From Octopus sinensis (taxonomy: Eukaryota): a DNA stretch of 64,000 bases. Each line of letters begins with the position of its first letter. The first letter of the stretch is position 1. Positions 53,666 through 64,000 of this stretch are shown in pieces. Location of the stretch: assembly GCF_006345805.1 (NCBI RefSeq), contig NC_043014.1, positions 33,604,001 through 33,668,000 of the forward strand, written 5' to 3'. The notes beneath the pieces were generated by a model that was not told the DNA's origin, ran no database searches, and saw only the letters and a list, made by a program, of their open reading frames with translations. The position numbers and the translations under genes are program-made.

Positions 53666-55224
53666 TTGCATTTTGGTTGGATGTTTTCAATGCCGCCGCT
53701 TTCTAACATGAATATTTAAATATTTTCCTTCGTAAAATATGGAAATGTTCTGCATAATAATCTTGATATCAAATTTTAGCACAAAGCCAGCAATTTTCGG
53801 GGAGGGGGTAGGTCGATTACATTTATCCCAGTGTTCTATTGGTACTTCTTTTATCAGCTTCCGAAAGGATGAAAGGCAAAGTCAACCTCGGTGGAATTTT
53901 AGCTCAGAACATATAAATAGACGAAATGTTGCTCGCCATTTTTACCCTGCGTAACTAACGAATCTGCCAACTTGTTACCTAAATGATTATAATTAATATT
54001 AATATCCTTTCTACTAAAGGCGAAAGGCCTGAAATTTTGTGGGGAGGGGGCTACTTGATTACATCGACCCCAATGCTCAAATTGTACTTATTTTATTGAA
54101 CCCGGAAGGATGAAAGGCAAAGTCGAACCTCGGCGGAGCTTGAACTTAGAACTTAAAGACGGACGAAACGCCGCGAAACATTCTTTCCGTCGTGCTGGCG
54201 ATTCTTATCTCTTTACTGCCCACAAGGGGCTACACACAAAGGGGACAAACAAGGACAGACAAACGGATTAAGTCGATTATATTGTCCCCAGTGTGTAACT
54301 GGTACTTATTTAATCGACCCTGTAAGGATGAAAGGCAAAGTCGATCTCGGCGGAATTTGAACTCGGAACGTAACGGCAGACGAAATACGGCTACGCATTT
54401 CGCCCGGCGTGCTAACGGTTCTACCAGCTCGCCGCCTTATTGTTAATATTAATATCATTAATTAGTATTATATCAGACTGAACGTCTTCTTAATTAGTTT
54501 TTCTTATTATTATTTATTTAGCAACTTGATAAATTCTCTCCCTACGTCTTTTCGCTTTTCGTCCCTGATCTACGACCCCACCCACCCAAAGTATGTATGC
54601 CATGGCCTCGGAGTTTAAAAGTCAGGATGTCACCTATTATCTCGAGAGAATATAAAGTACAGCGGAAATGATTGCCACTAAGTGATCCATTATGAGCGGC
54701 AAAGAAGCAATCGCTACTGCTAACCACGTCGGTGGCCAACCCTCCAGGCATGTATGTATGTATGTATGTATGTATGTATGTATGTATGTATGTATGTATG
54801 TATGTATGTATGTATGTATGCATGTATGTATGTGTGTGTGTATGCATGTATGTATGTATGTATGTATGTATGTATGTATGTATGTATGTATGTATGTATG
54901 TATGTATGTATGTATGTATGTATGCATGTATGTATGTGTGTGTGTATGCATGTATGTATGCATGTATGTATGTATGTATGTATGTATGTATGTATGTATG
55001 TATGTATGTATGTATGTATGCATGTATGTATGTATGTATAGATGATGGATGGATGGATGGATTTATACATGTATGTGCATATGTAAGTATGTATGTACTG
55101 TATATATGTTTCTATGTACGCACGTACAGATGCATATATCCCTGCTCTTATATATGTAAGCCTAAGTAGATATACACACGCACATGTAAATATCTGAACG
55201 AGTGCACACAAGTGTACGTACAGA

Positions 55225-55267
<43 letters not shown>

Positions 55268-55363
55268 AAACACACATACACACATACTCCGAGATATTTC
55301 CTAATTTTCTGTGAACAAGCAAATATATGTATGATTAAGTAGGCGTATGTGTGGTGTGTATAT

Positions 55364-55395
<32 letters not shown>

Positions 55396-55552
55396 ATGGA
55401 GAAATTATACAAAATGTATGAGTAAAAGATGATGTGTAAAGCACAGTTTCGATTACTTGTTGTTATCCGTAGATTTATGGTAGGAACTTCATAGTGGCGG
55501 TTGGGGTAACAGTATTAATAAAATAGATGGAAAGAGTAATAGATTTTATTGG

Positions 55553-55593
55553 GTACGACACATGTTTCGCCCGTTCTGGATCTCTTTGGGTAC
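55553..55593 (-). ncRNA. Degenerate hammerhead-like motif (CCAAAGA core)
   Basis: Minus strand GTAC-CCAAAGA-GATCCAGAACGGGC-GAAA-CATGTGTC-GTAC followed by CCAATAAA; stem II is poor. Confidence 0.4.
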
Positions 55594-55776
55594 ATCAATA
55601 AAAAGTGTCACTAGAGATTTCCTGAGTCGGCTTACGTACCGCTATATGTCCATCAAATTTGAGAATGAGTAATAACAGAGAAACATTGTTGAAAAGCAAA
55701 AATTCAAATATGAACATGAAAATTATACATTCTAGTTTAGAGGAAATGTCGTAATGAGCAGTTATATATATGTATG

Positions 55777-55856
<80 letters not shown>

Positions 55857-56098
55857 TATATACACATATACATACATACAGCCGCGAGCTGGCAGAAACG
55901 TTAGCACGCCGGGCGAAATGCGTAACCCTATTTCGTCTGTCGTTACGTTGTGAGTTCAAATTCCGTCGACTTTGCCTTTCATCCTTTCGGGGTCGATAAA
56001 TAAAGTACCAGTTACGCACTGGGGTCGATGTAATCGACTTAATCCCTTTATCTGTCCTTGTTTGTCCCCTCTGTGCTTAGCCCCTGTGGGCAATAAAG

Positions 56099-56184
<86 letters not shown>

Positions 56185-57576
56185 TTTATTTATTATGGAA
56201 TAAAAATTCCGGCGTCACAGGGATTCAAATAAAATTAATTATTCTCGATAAGGAAATATATGCTATTTAGTGATAGAAGTCCCCATGCAATTCATCAAAT
56301 CCTAATATACATCACACCATATCATAGAATTTTATTTTAATATTTACTAATCATTTCTAAGTTTCTCTGCTACACGTGTTTCATGAGGTGCGTTAAACAC
56401 GCAGTCTTTTACAAGAACATTTCTTAAACGCCACCCCAATCGTCAGGTCTCTTGATAACTTTATTATAATTCCATACCAATTTCTATATTTTAATATTTT
56501 AACAGTTGCGAATGTAATTAACAGACAAATATGCGTATGTGCAAATAAATTCGCCGAACCTTGCTGTCAAGCCATAATTTAATTGATTAAAAATTAAAAA
56601 TTTACAAAACTAAATTCAAACGTGACTTATGCATATAAACATGCACATAAATTATTAATATGTAGGGATGAAAATTATAATATATAATAGTGATGATATA
56701 ATAATGAAAAGGCTATATAATACAGTGATGATAAAAATAAACAATGACAAAGAAATATGTATTCGAATAAAAGCTATAGTTAAAAGTGGACGTAAACAAA
56801 TGCGAAGAAATGACAAGATGTAAAAAGATATATAAACGAAATCTACGGAGAAGAAAAATTTACAAATGATAATATATAATAATTTACAAATTAAAAATTA
56901 GAGCGTAATAGCGTAAAAATAACGTAAATAATATCGTAAAACAAATGTCGTAAAAATATCGTTACAGTGGTTACTGTTTTTATGTACACTTGTAATCCTC
57001 GTTTGCATAACTAGCTAGAAAAGATGATTAAGTATTCTTTTTTTCAGATGAACATTTATGATGTGAGGTCAATCCCACTTTTCTGTCCCCAGTAAAATTT
57101 TTAAAAAACTGTGCTATGACCTCTTTGCTCACTTTTCATTTTGTCTAAAATTTTATAAACACGTGGTTGGTGGCTGACTGCTACTGGAGGGAGAACATCG
57201 CTTTTAGCTTTATGCATATTGAGGAATTTATTACTTATATTATATTTAACAGTGAAAATCATACATATATTTCTATATTTATTTATTAATTTATTTTTTA
57301 TTTATTTTATTTATTTTCATTTCCATGAAATAAAGTTCTTAAAGTCACTGATAGTCATGAATAACATTATTTCGCTCTCTCTTTGGACTCGTCAGTACGA
57401 CATAACTCGGGACTTGAAATTAACGAAGCTAAATTCTTTCTTCTTCTTCTTCTTCTTCTTCTTCTCTTCTTCTTCTTCTGTTTCTGTTAAAACAACATGC
57501 CTATAAAAATATATAGGCATATAAGGCCTTCATCAACGGGAAAGGAGAGAAGTATTGATAAATTTTTTTATTATAT

Positions 57577-58547
57577 TGCTATGAATGGTTCAGTCTAAGG
57601 ACAGTTGGCAGTGACCTACTTTTGGGATAAACCCATTGTCCTGTCAGATTCAGGTGGATTGATCGGTTCTGGGTAAATCTGCGACCCCTTTCGGGTGAAT
57701 TAGAGGTCGTTCTAAACACCCCTTGAAGAAGAGGAAGAGGAAAGAAGTGAGAGAGATAGAGTGAGGAATCTGAGAGCAGATAGAGGATATTAGCAGTAAG
57801 AGAGGATGAGGGCCAGAGGAAGACAGGCAGAGAGTATAGCAGAGCTAAGGGAGAGAGTGATTGCGAGAGAGAGATTAGGGTAGTGGCAAGGACAGAGCAA
57901 GTGAGGTTTTTGGACAGTCGGGTATTTGGTCGTCAAAGCGAGTAGTCGGATTTTGGAAGTCAGGACAGGCGGTTGGGATGCGAGAGCTTGGCAGGTCGGA
58001 GCTGGCAGCGGAGAAGGGGATATATACAGAGGAATAAGCGGTACAGAGAGAGATGAGGGCAATATGGGACACTGGCTATTCAATTAGGAATTAAGGTATT
58101 TAATTGTATTGATACGTGTTACGATGTAAAAGAAAAAAAAAAGAGAAAGAAGAAAGAGAAAGAAGAAAATAGAAAAAGACTTTAAAGAACTGTGAACGTT
58201 ATCTGTTGATGTGATTTGAAAAAGAACTGTGTCGTTACCGGATTGTTATATTGTTACTTGCATGTTTAAATGCTTTGATCTGTTGTATACCTGTATTGAT
58301 TTGTTGTTTCCTTTAAATGCTTTGATGTTGTAACAATTAATTGTCATATACACTAGTTGTTGAATGTAAGCCAGTAGTTGCCTTGCCTCTTTGTGTCTCT
58401 CTGGTTGCCTCTGTGCTGCTGCTGCTGTTGTTGTTGTTGTTTCTCTCTCTCCTCTCCGAGTTTCCGTGGCTAAAATATTCGCTGCATCGAACGGGCCTGG
58501 TGAGGGATTCCGTAACAGTTCGAATCGGAGGTCCCCCCCTCGTAACA
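57577..58547 (+). repeat. 5' LTR
   Basis: First ~750 bp nearly identical to 60508-61255; ends CGTAACA at 58517 and again at 58547. Confidence 0.9.
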
Positions 58548-58549
58548 AT

Positions 58550-58568
58550 TGGTGTCAGAAGTGGGATT
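58550..58568 (+). other. Primer-binding site complementary to the tRNA-Leu 3' end
   Basis: TGGTGTCAGAAGTGGGATT is the reverse complement of the eukaryotic tRNA-Leu(CAA/CAG) 3' end AATCCCACTTCTGACACCA. Confidence 0.85.
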
Positions 58569-58602
58569 GTCCTGATTGCTGCGCTTGATCGGCTTTTTCG
58601 CT

Positions 58603-59721
58603 ATGGATTTGTCTGGTTGTCGGACCGGAGACGAGGAGATTTCGCTTGCCCTGATTGTGGAGATGTTGAGGGGCCAGATGGCGCAGACAGACGCATTCTT
58701 AGAAAGAATGGACAAGAGGCGACAGGGCCTGTGGGCAGATCAGCAGGAGCTTGAGGTTGCGGATGGGTCAGCTTTGGAGGATCGGTGTTGGACCGGGAAT
58801 AGCGACGGTCCTGTGGGCGGAGATTGCCCGTCAAATGAAGAGTCAAGTGAAGAGTGTGGGTCAGAAGAACCCTTTGAAGTGGTTGCCGAAATTTGTGATG
58901 CTGTACCCAAGAAATCTTGTGATTTGGAACCCGTAGAGGTTGAAGTAACCAAAAGGCCTGTTGAAGGTGTTATGGCTGATGCTGTTGTTCCGTGTCTGGA
59001 GCCCTTGGCATCTCGACCCCTGTCTCTTGGAGCTCGGGACGAAGAGCTGGCGAGGTCTGGAGCGGATGTCGCTGAATCCGAGGTTCCGGCTCTGTGTGTA
59101 ATGGTCGCGGCAGGTGTTATGCCGTGTGCGAGTCCTTTGGTGTCTGGGCCCCTGTCTCTCGGGGCTCAGAAGGACTGTATGGTTCCCACTGTGGAGAGGC
59201 CACAGGCGTGGATGGACTGGCGGCCGAGCGTGTGTGTTGTGAAGCCTGCGGTGCGGAAGCTGGTGAGGAAGAGGACCAAGCCCGTTGACGAGGCGAGACG
59301 GCTGCGAACGGTGGTGGGTCTACCAAGACCGGGAAGACTGCTTCAGTGTTGGGTGAGCTTTGTGGTTGATGGCTGCTTGGGGCCGGTGGAGCCCGACAGG
59401 CAGTGCATAGTAAAAGCTCAATTGAGGGTCGGGTGGACCCTAGTAGAAGCAGAAGCTGGCAGGGCGCTGGCTGGGTCGGCCGATCTTTTGGAAGTGGCAC
59501 AGGCGATTTGTAGAAGGCAAATCGAGGAATCGTGCCAGATGGCGAACCAGTGGTGGGGCCAGTTCTGCCGATACGGCAACGCAGTTGAAGGAGATGGTGG
59601 CCCACTGATGCAGTTGAGGAAGCGGTCCGCAATGAGTCGCTGGTGCTTGGTTGGCACTCGGGTGGGCTCTGTATTCGATGGTTGCGTGGGGCTGGTGGAG
59701 CCCGACAGGCAGTGCAGATAA
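58603..59721 (+). CDS. LTR-element ORF, 372 aa from the first ATG; gag-like N-terminus plus duplicated pol-spacer-like domain
   Basis: Uninterrupted frame MDLSGCR...; contains one full copy and the start of a second copy of a roughly 90-aa repeat (VEPDRQC..AQLRVGWTLVEAEA). Confidence 0.6.
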   Translation: MDLSGCRTGDEEISLALIVEMLRGQMAQTDAFLERMDKRRQGLWADQQELEVADGSALEDRCWTGNSDGPVGGDCPSNEESSEECGSEEPFEVVAEICDAVPKKSCDLEPVEVEVTKRPVEGVMADAVVPCLEPLASRPLSLGARDEELARSGADVAESEVPALCVMVAAGVMPCASPLVSGPLSLGAQKDCMVPTVERPQAWMDWRPSVCVVKPAVRKLVRKRTKPVDEARRLRTVVGLPRPGRLLQCWVSFVVDGCLGPVEPDRQCIVKAQLRVGWTLVEAEAGRALAGSADLLEVAQAICRRQIEESCQMANQWWGQFCRYGNAVEGDGGPLMQLRKRSAMSRWCLVGTRVGSVFDGCVGLVEPDRQCR

Positions 59722-60500
59722 GAGCTCAATTGAGGGTCGGCTGGACCCTGGTGGAGGCAGAGGCTGACAGAGCGCTGGTTGGGTCGGCCGATTTATTGAA
59801 GGCTGCGCAGGCGATTTGCAGAGGGCAAATCGTGGAACTGCGCTGGACGGTGCACCAGCGGCGGGGCCAGTTCTGCCAATGCAGTGTTGCAGCTGAAGGA
59901 GATGGTGGTCCACTGATGCAGTTGCGGAAGAAGCAACCGTTGGTGAGGAGCGCAGGACGTTGGTCGCGAAGGTTGTCAGAGGTTGGTCGCACGAACATGG
60001 CGGAGTGCTTCATCAACCAAGGCGGTCGTCGCTTGAGGAAGCAGCGAGGCTGGAGGAAGGTCCCAGTACAGCAGCGCAAGAGGAGATATCGGCGACAGGG
60101 AACAGTGGAAAAGCGGAATGGTCCCTGGTCGTCGGCGATAGTTGCGCGGAATGGAGATGGCACAGCGAGATGCTACGTGGGATATAGAGCCCTGAGGAAG
60201 TTGGCCACTGTGAAGGATTGGCCGGACCCTGCCTGTGTGAGGGATTTGAGGAACTTCCTCGGACGGTGCGCCTATTGTAGGCGGCTAGTAGGAAGCCTGG
60301 CGGCCTTGGCAGAGGTGTTGCCCAAGCCGCAGAGGGAAGGTGCCAGCCTGTGGCTGGTGCTGAAGTGGTGGCCGTGGGAGGTGAGACCCCCGGAGGAGAA
60401 ACCACCCAAGGGGACCTCCAGTTCCTGCAACATCTGCTGGAGCTCGCCCTCGGAGGTGCGGGTTTGTTATGCTTTTGTCGGGTCGACAAAGCTTAGGTAG
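59720..60500 (+). pseudogene. Frameshifted continuation with a degenerate, internally deleted reverse transcriptase
   Basis: VGRTNMAECFINQG...GPWSSAIVARNGDGTARCYVGYRAL is fused directly to VKDWPDPACVRDLRNFLGRCAYCRRLV. No YxDD, RNase H or integrase. Confidence 0.8.
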
Positions 60501-60507
60501 GGGGTAG
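60495..60507 (+). other. Polypurine tract
   Basis: AGGTAGGGGGTAG immediately 5' of the 3' LTR. Confidence 0.8.
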
Positions 60508-61522
60508 TGCTATGAATGGTTCAGTCTAAGGACAGTTGGCAGTGACCTACTTTTGGGATAAACCCATTGTCCTGTCAGATTCAGGTGGATTGATCGGTTC
60601 TGGGTAAATCTGCGACCCCTTTCGGGTGAATTAGAGGTCGTTCTAAACACCCCTTGAAGAAGAGGAAGAGGAAAGAAGTGAGAGAGATAGAGTGAGGAAT
60701 CTGAGAGCAGATAGAGGATATTAGCAGTAAGAGAGGATGAGGGCCAGAGGAAGACAGGCAGAGAGTATAGCAGAGCTAAGGGAGAGAGTGATTGCGAGAG
60801 AGAGATTAGGGTAGTGGCAAGGACAGAGCAAGTGAGGTTTTTGGACAGTCGGGTATTCGGTCGTCAAAGCGAGTAGTCGGATTTTGGAAGTCAGGACAGG
60901 CGGTTGGGATGCGAGAGCTTGGCAGGCTGGAGCTGGCAGCGGAGAAGGGGATATATACAGAGGAATAAGCGATACAGAGAGAGATGAGGGCAATATGGGA
61001 CACTGGCTATTCAATTAGGAATTAAGGTATTTAATTGTATTGATACGTGTTACGATGTAAAAGAAAAAAAAGAGAAAGAAGAAAGAGAAAGAAGAAAATA
61101 GAAAAAGACTTTAAAGAACTGTGAACGTTATCTGTTGATGTGATTTGAAAAAGAACTGTGTCGTTACCGGACTGTTATATTGTTACTTGCATGTTTAAAT
61201 GCTTTGATCTGTTGTATACCTGTATTGATTTGTTGTTTCCTTTAAATGCTTTGATCTGTGGTATACCCGTATGATGTATTGAGTTGTCACGTGCATGTCC
61301 TCCTTTAAATGTATCTGAAATGTATTTGATGTAACAATTGATTGTCATAAACTAGTTGTTAAATGTAAGCCAGTTGTTGCCTTGCCGTTGTTTTGTGTCT
61401 CTCTCGGTTGCCTCTGTATCTCTGTGCTGCTGCGGTTGTTGTTGTTGTTCTAGCTCTCCTCTCTCTGGGTTCCGTGGCGAACTTGCCCGTTCGGGCGAGC
61501 GACGACGGGTGATTCCGTAACA
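60508..61522 (+). repeat. 3' LTR
   Basis: TGCTATGAAT...ATTCCGTAACA. Confidence 0.92.
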
Positions 61523-61812
61523 ATATAAACTGCTTATTAGAACTCATATATCAATTCTTTGCATATAAATCCATCATCAAAACATTGTACTTTAATTCAA
61601 AAAGAATTCAACATTAAGTAAAAAAAAAAAACATATCTATGAAGAAGAAATTTTTATAAAAGTAGAAATTTTTCTAAATACAGCAAAAATATTAAAGTGT
61701 TCGAAAATCTTGTATATAATAGAATTAAATAAAAATTAAGATATTACGATATATTAGCTCAGAATTTTGACTTAATTTTTGCAATTTAAGAAGCTTATGA
61801 GCACCTGCGTGT

Positions 61813-61851
<39 letters not shown>

Positions 61852-62109
61852 CGAGCATGTTTTTTATGATTTCATGGAATGAAATCATAAAAACATGTTT
61901 GTTAGTGTGCTATTCCTTTTGAGACTCAACTAAATAGCAGAATCTGATGGAGACTTATCGCTTGGTGAGTGTTTGCAGAGAGGTTACAGGTGAAAACCTG
62001 GAATATGGGAGTGGGACCGGATATACCAAACGAAATCAGGATACACCATACAAATATTGTATATCACACCAAACATGGATAGATTATGACTTGATTATAT
62101 AAACATATG

Positions 62110-62148
<39 letters not shown>

Positions 62149-62150
62149 CA

Positions 62151-62209
<59 letters not shown>

Positions 62210-62264
62210 GCTGCTGCTACTGCAGTTGCTGCTATTACTACTGCTGCTTCTACTACTACTGCTT

Positions 62265-62309
<45 letters not shown>

Positions 62310-62344
62310 ACTACTACTACTACTATCATTATCATCATTATTAT

Positions 62345-62743
62345 TGAGTGAGAGAGCAGTGCATGTCATCAAAATGACATTGGGGTACAAATATACCAAA
62401 CCCAATATAATCCTGATGATGTCTTTGAATAAGGTTTAAGGATGATGAATGAAACACTCATGTACCCAGGGATGAATTATTCAAACCCCCAAAGAATTCC
62501 TCTCAACACATAGCTATGATGCTCCCCCTCTTCTGCTCGTGATCAGAGATACACATATCGTCAACCACTAAGGGACATGCTCAACTAGTAAAAGTCAAGC
62601 AACTGACAAGCAAATCTGTGGTATTAAGCAGAATATTTGTTGTTGTCCATCTTTTATATCAAAACAAAACAGGTACATGATAGCACTTCCAATCAGTTAA
62701 GATGAAAAGCCCTGGGAGCCACTGCCTGGTACTGCATCAGGGT
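62345..62743 (-). mobile_element. Second copy of the unclassified repeat at 1195-1712
   Basis: Shared sequence blocks; has an internal deletion relative to the first copy. Confidence 0.6.
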
Positions 62744-62771
62744 AATTGATATTATTATTATTATTGTTATA

Positions 62772-62814
<43 letters not shown>

Positions 62815-62829
62815 TCACTTAACAGATTA

Positions 62830-63215
62830 GACTATTGGAAAAGAAAAGAACCCTAACATCGAGCTACAACAAGTAGCCTTAGATGCCAAGAACTCTCCTA
62901 AGTATCCTAGCTGTCCATAATAACACTGTTTCCTGCAGCTGTATTAACTGGATTTCATGCCTATTTCCTCTATCCACCTGTTCAGATCTTTAAGAATAGT
63001 TCCTAATGCACCTATAACTACTGGGATACATTTTACCTGCACTTGCCATAGTCTATGTAATTCAATAGCTAGGTCCTCGTAGTCTGCTATTTTTTCTATA
63101 CTTTTCATATTAATTTTTTCAACATTTGCAACTGTAAAATCAATTATCTGGCATTTTCTATTCCCTTTATCTACTACCAAATTAGGCATTATAATTTTTT
63201 TTTTCTTATCACAGA
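62830..63215 (-). mobile_element. RLE-type LINE 3' fragment ending in (TAA)n
   Basis: PNLVVDK..CQIIDF..EK...YEDLAIELHRLW...IPVVIGALG. Confidence 0.8.
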
Positions 63216-63217
63216 TT

Positions 63218-63645
63218 TTGTTGGAACTCCTGGAGTCTTGCATGCGTAGTGGGCTTATTACATGCTGCCTACGGTACCATGCTATCCGTTCTTTTCAGCT
63301 ATCTAATACTTTCCTGATTATTCTGGCCGTGCCAAGGAGGCAAATGTTTTGTACCAGTTCTACTGGGCACTCTATTCCAATTTCCTTGATATTCCTCTTG
63401 ATGCCTGATATTGTCTCCAAGGACCTAACAATAATTGGCACTATTTTCACTTTCACTTTCCATAGCTGGGCTATGTCGTGCTTAAAAGGGTTGTATATAT
63501 CCATTTTTTCGCCTTCCTTCTTGAGCACGCAGTATCGACTATATAGCACATGTGGTGCATCTTGTCGACCACAACTAGGTCTGGTCTGTTATGCTCTAGC
63601 ACCTGATCTGTTTGGATTGGGAAATCCCAAAGGATTTTGCTAGTC
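63218..63645 (-). mobile_element. Second RLE-type LINE 3' fragment
   Basis: KILWDFPIQTDQVLEHNRPDLVVVDK..IVDTAC...LWKVKVKIVPIIV...LLGTARIIRKVL (PD-(D/E)xK endonuclease end). Confidence 0.85.
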
Positions 63646-64000
63646 ATTTTGCTATACTTAAATATTCATCTAAATGTCACCACTTTAGATTTCTCTCGTT
63701 TTGCATGTGTACATATAGACATATTTTGTATTTAATACCCAAACTGTTAGATCTAATATATTTACTTCGTTTATCCGTATAATTGCCTGCCCCCCTCTCT
63801 CTCTCTCTTGCGTTCGCTATTTTACCCTCATTCTGGTCAAACGATCCTCCATGTTTGTTTTCGTTCGGTTTCCTTGTATGTCTCCACTGTCCTGTTTTTG
63901 TTCCCAACTTTGACATTCCATAAATCCAAAATTCTATTTTGGTATTTATGGGAGCAACTGTCTTCGAAGACTCATATTGTCGTTAAATGCTCGAAACGTG

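Larger units (their letters stand above)
57577..61522 (+). mobile_element. Non-autonomous Ty3/Gypsy LTR retrotransposon
   Basis: TG...CA termini, 4-bp TSD ATAT (57573-76 and 61523-26), two LTRs of about 1 kb, PBS, PPT and an internally deleted pol remnant. Confidence 0.93.

Noticed and set aside
58246-60489. Antisense ORFs inside the LTR element (58601-58846, 59117-59632, 59440-59913, 60013-60489 and LTR ORFs)
   Set aside because: Shadow frames of GC-rich or purine-skewed sequence; the recognisable motifs are on the plus strand.
63940-64000. GAGCA...TGCTC-GAAACGTG, a possible further hammerhead
   Set aside because: The upstream core is not CUGANGA-like and the window ends before stem I can be assessed.

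Overview
AT-rich, microsatellite-dense eukaryotic DNA with no recognisable host protein-coding exon. The repeat landscape (several tRNA-derived SINE families, (TA)n/(TACA)n/(TATC)n tracts) looks like an octopus-type cephalopod; this is inference from pattern recognition, not a database result. The window is a patchwork of mobile elements: mariner relics and a MITE, a decayed Helitron helicase plus a 7.6-kb head-to-tail array of non-autonomous Helitrons, RTE LINE fragments (one with a twin-priming-type 5' inversion), RLE-type LINE 3' ends, Penelope-like elements (an open GIY-YIG frame and several pseudo-LTRs), many SINEs, a 5S rRNA half-copy, and a young non-autonomous Ty3/Gypsy LTR element (57577-61522) with discordant U5 ends. 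The most interesting signals are: (i) seven predicted minimal type-I hammerhead ribozyme motifs, one with a canonical core and six in two recurrent non-canonical core classes (A6U-like and U4C-like); (ii) a compact ETS-CRE/TCT/YY1 promoter-like cluster at about 47.6 kb with no coding exon behind it; (iii) the LTR element's near-open but catalytically gutted pol-derived reading frame. All alignments, folds and difference counts were done by eye, and element boundaries are approximate unless a TSD or terminus is quoted.
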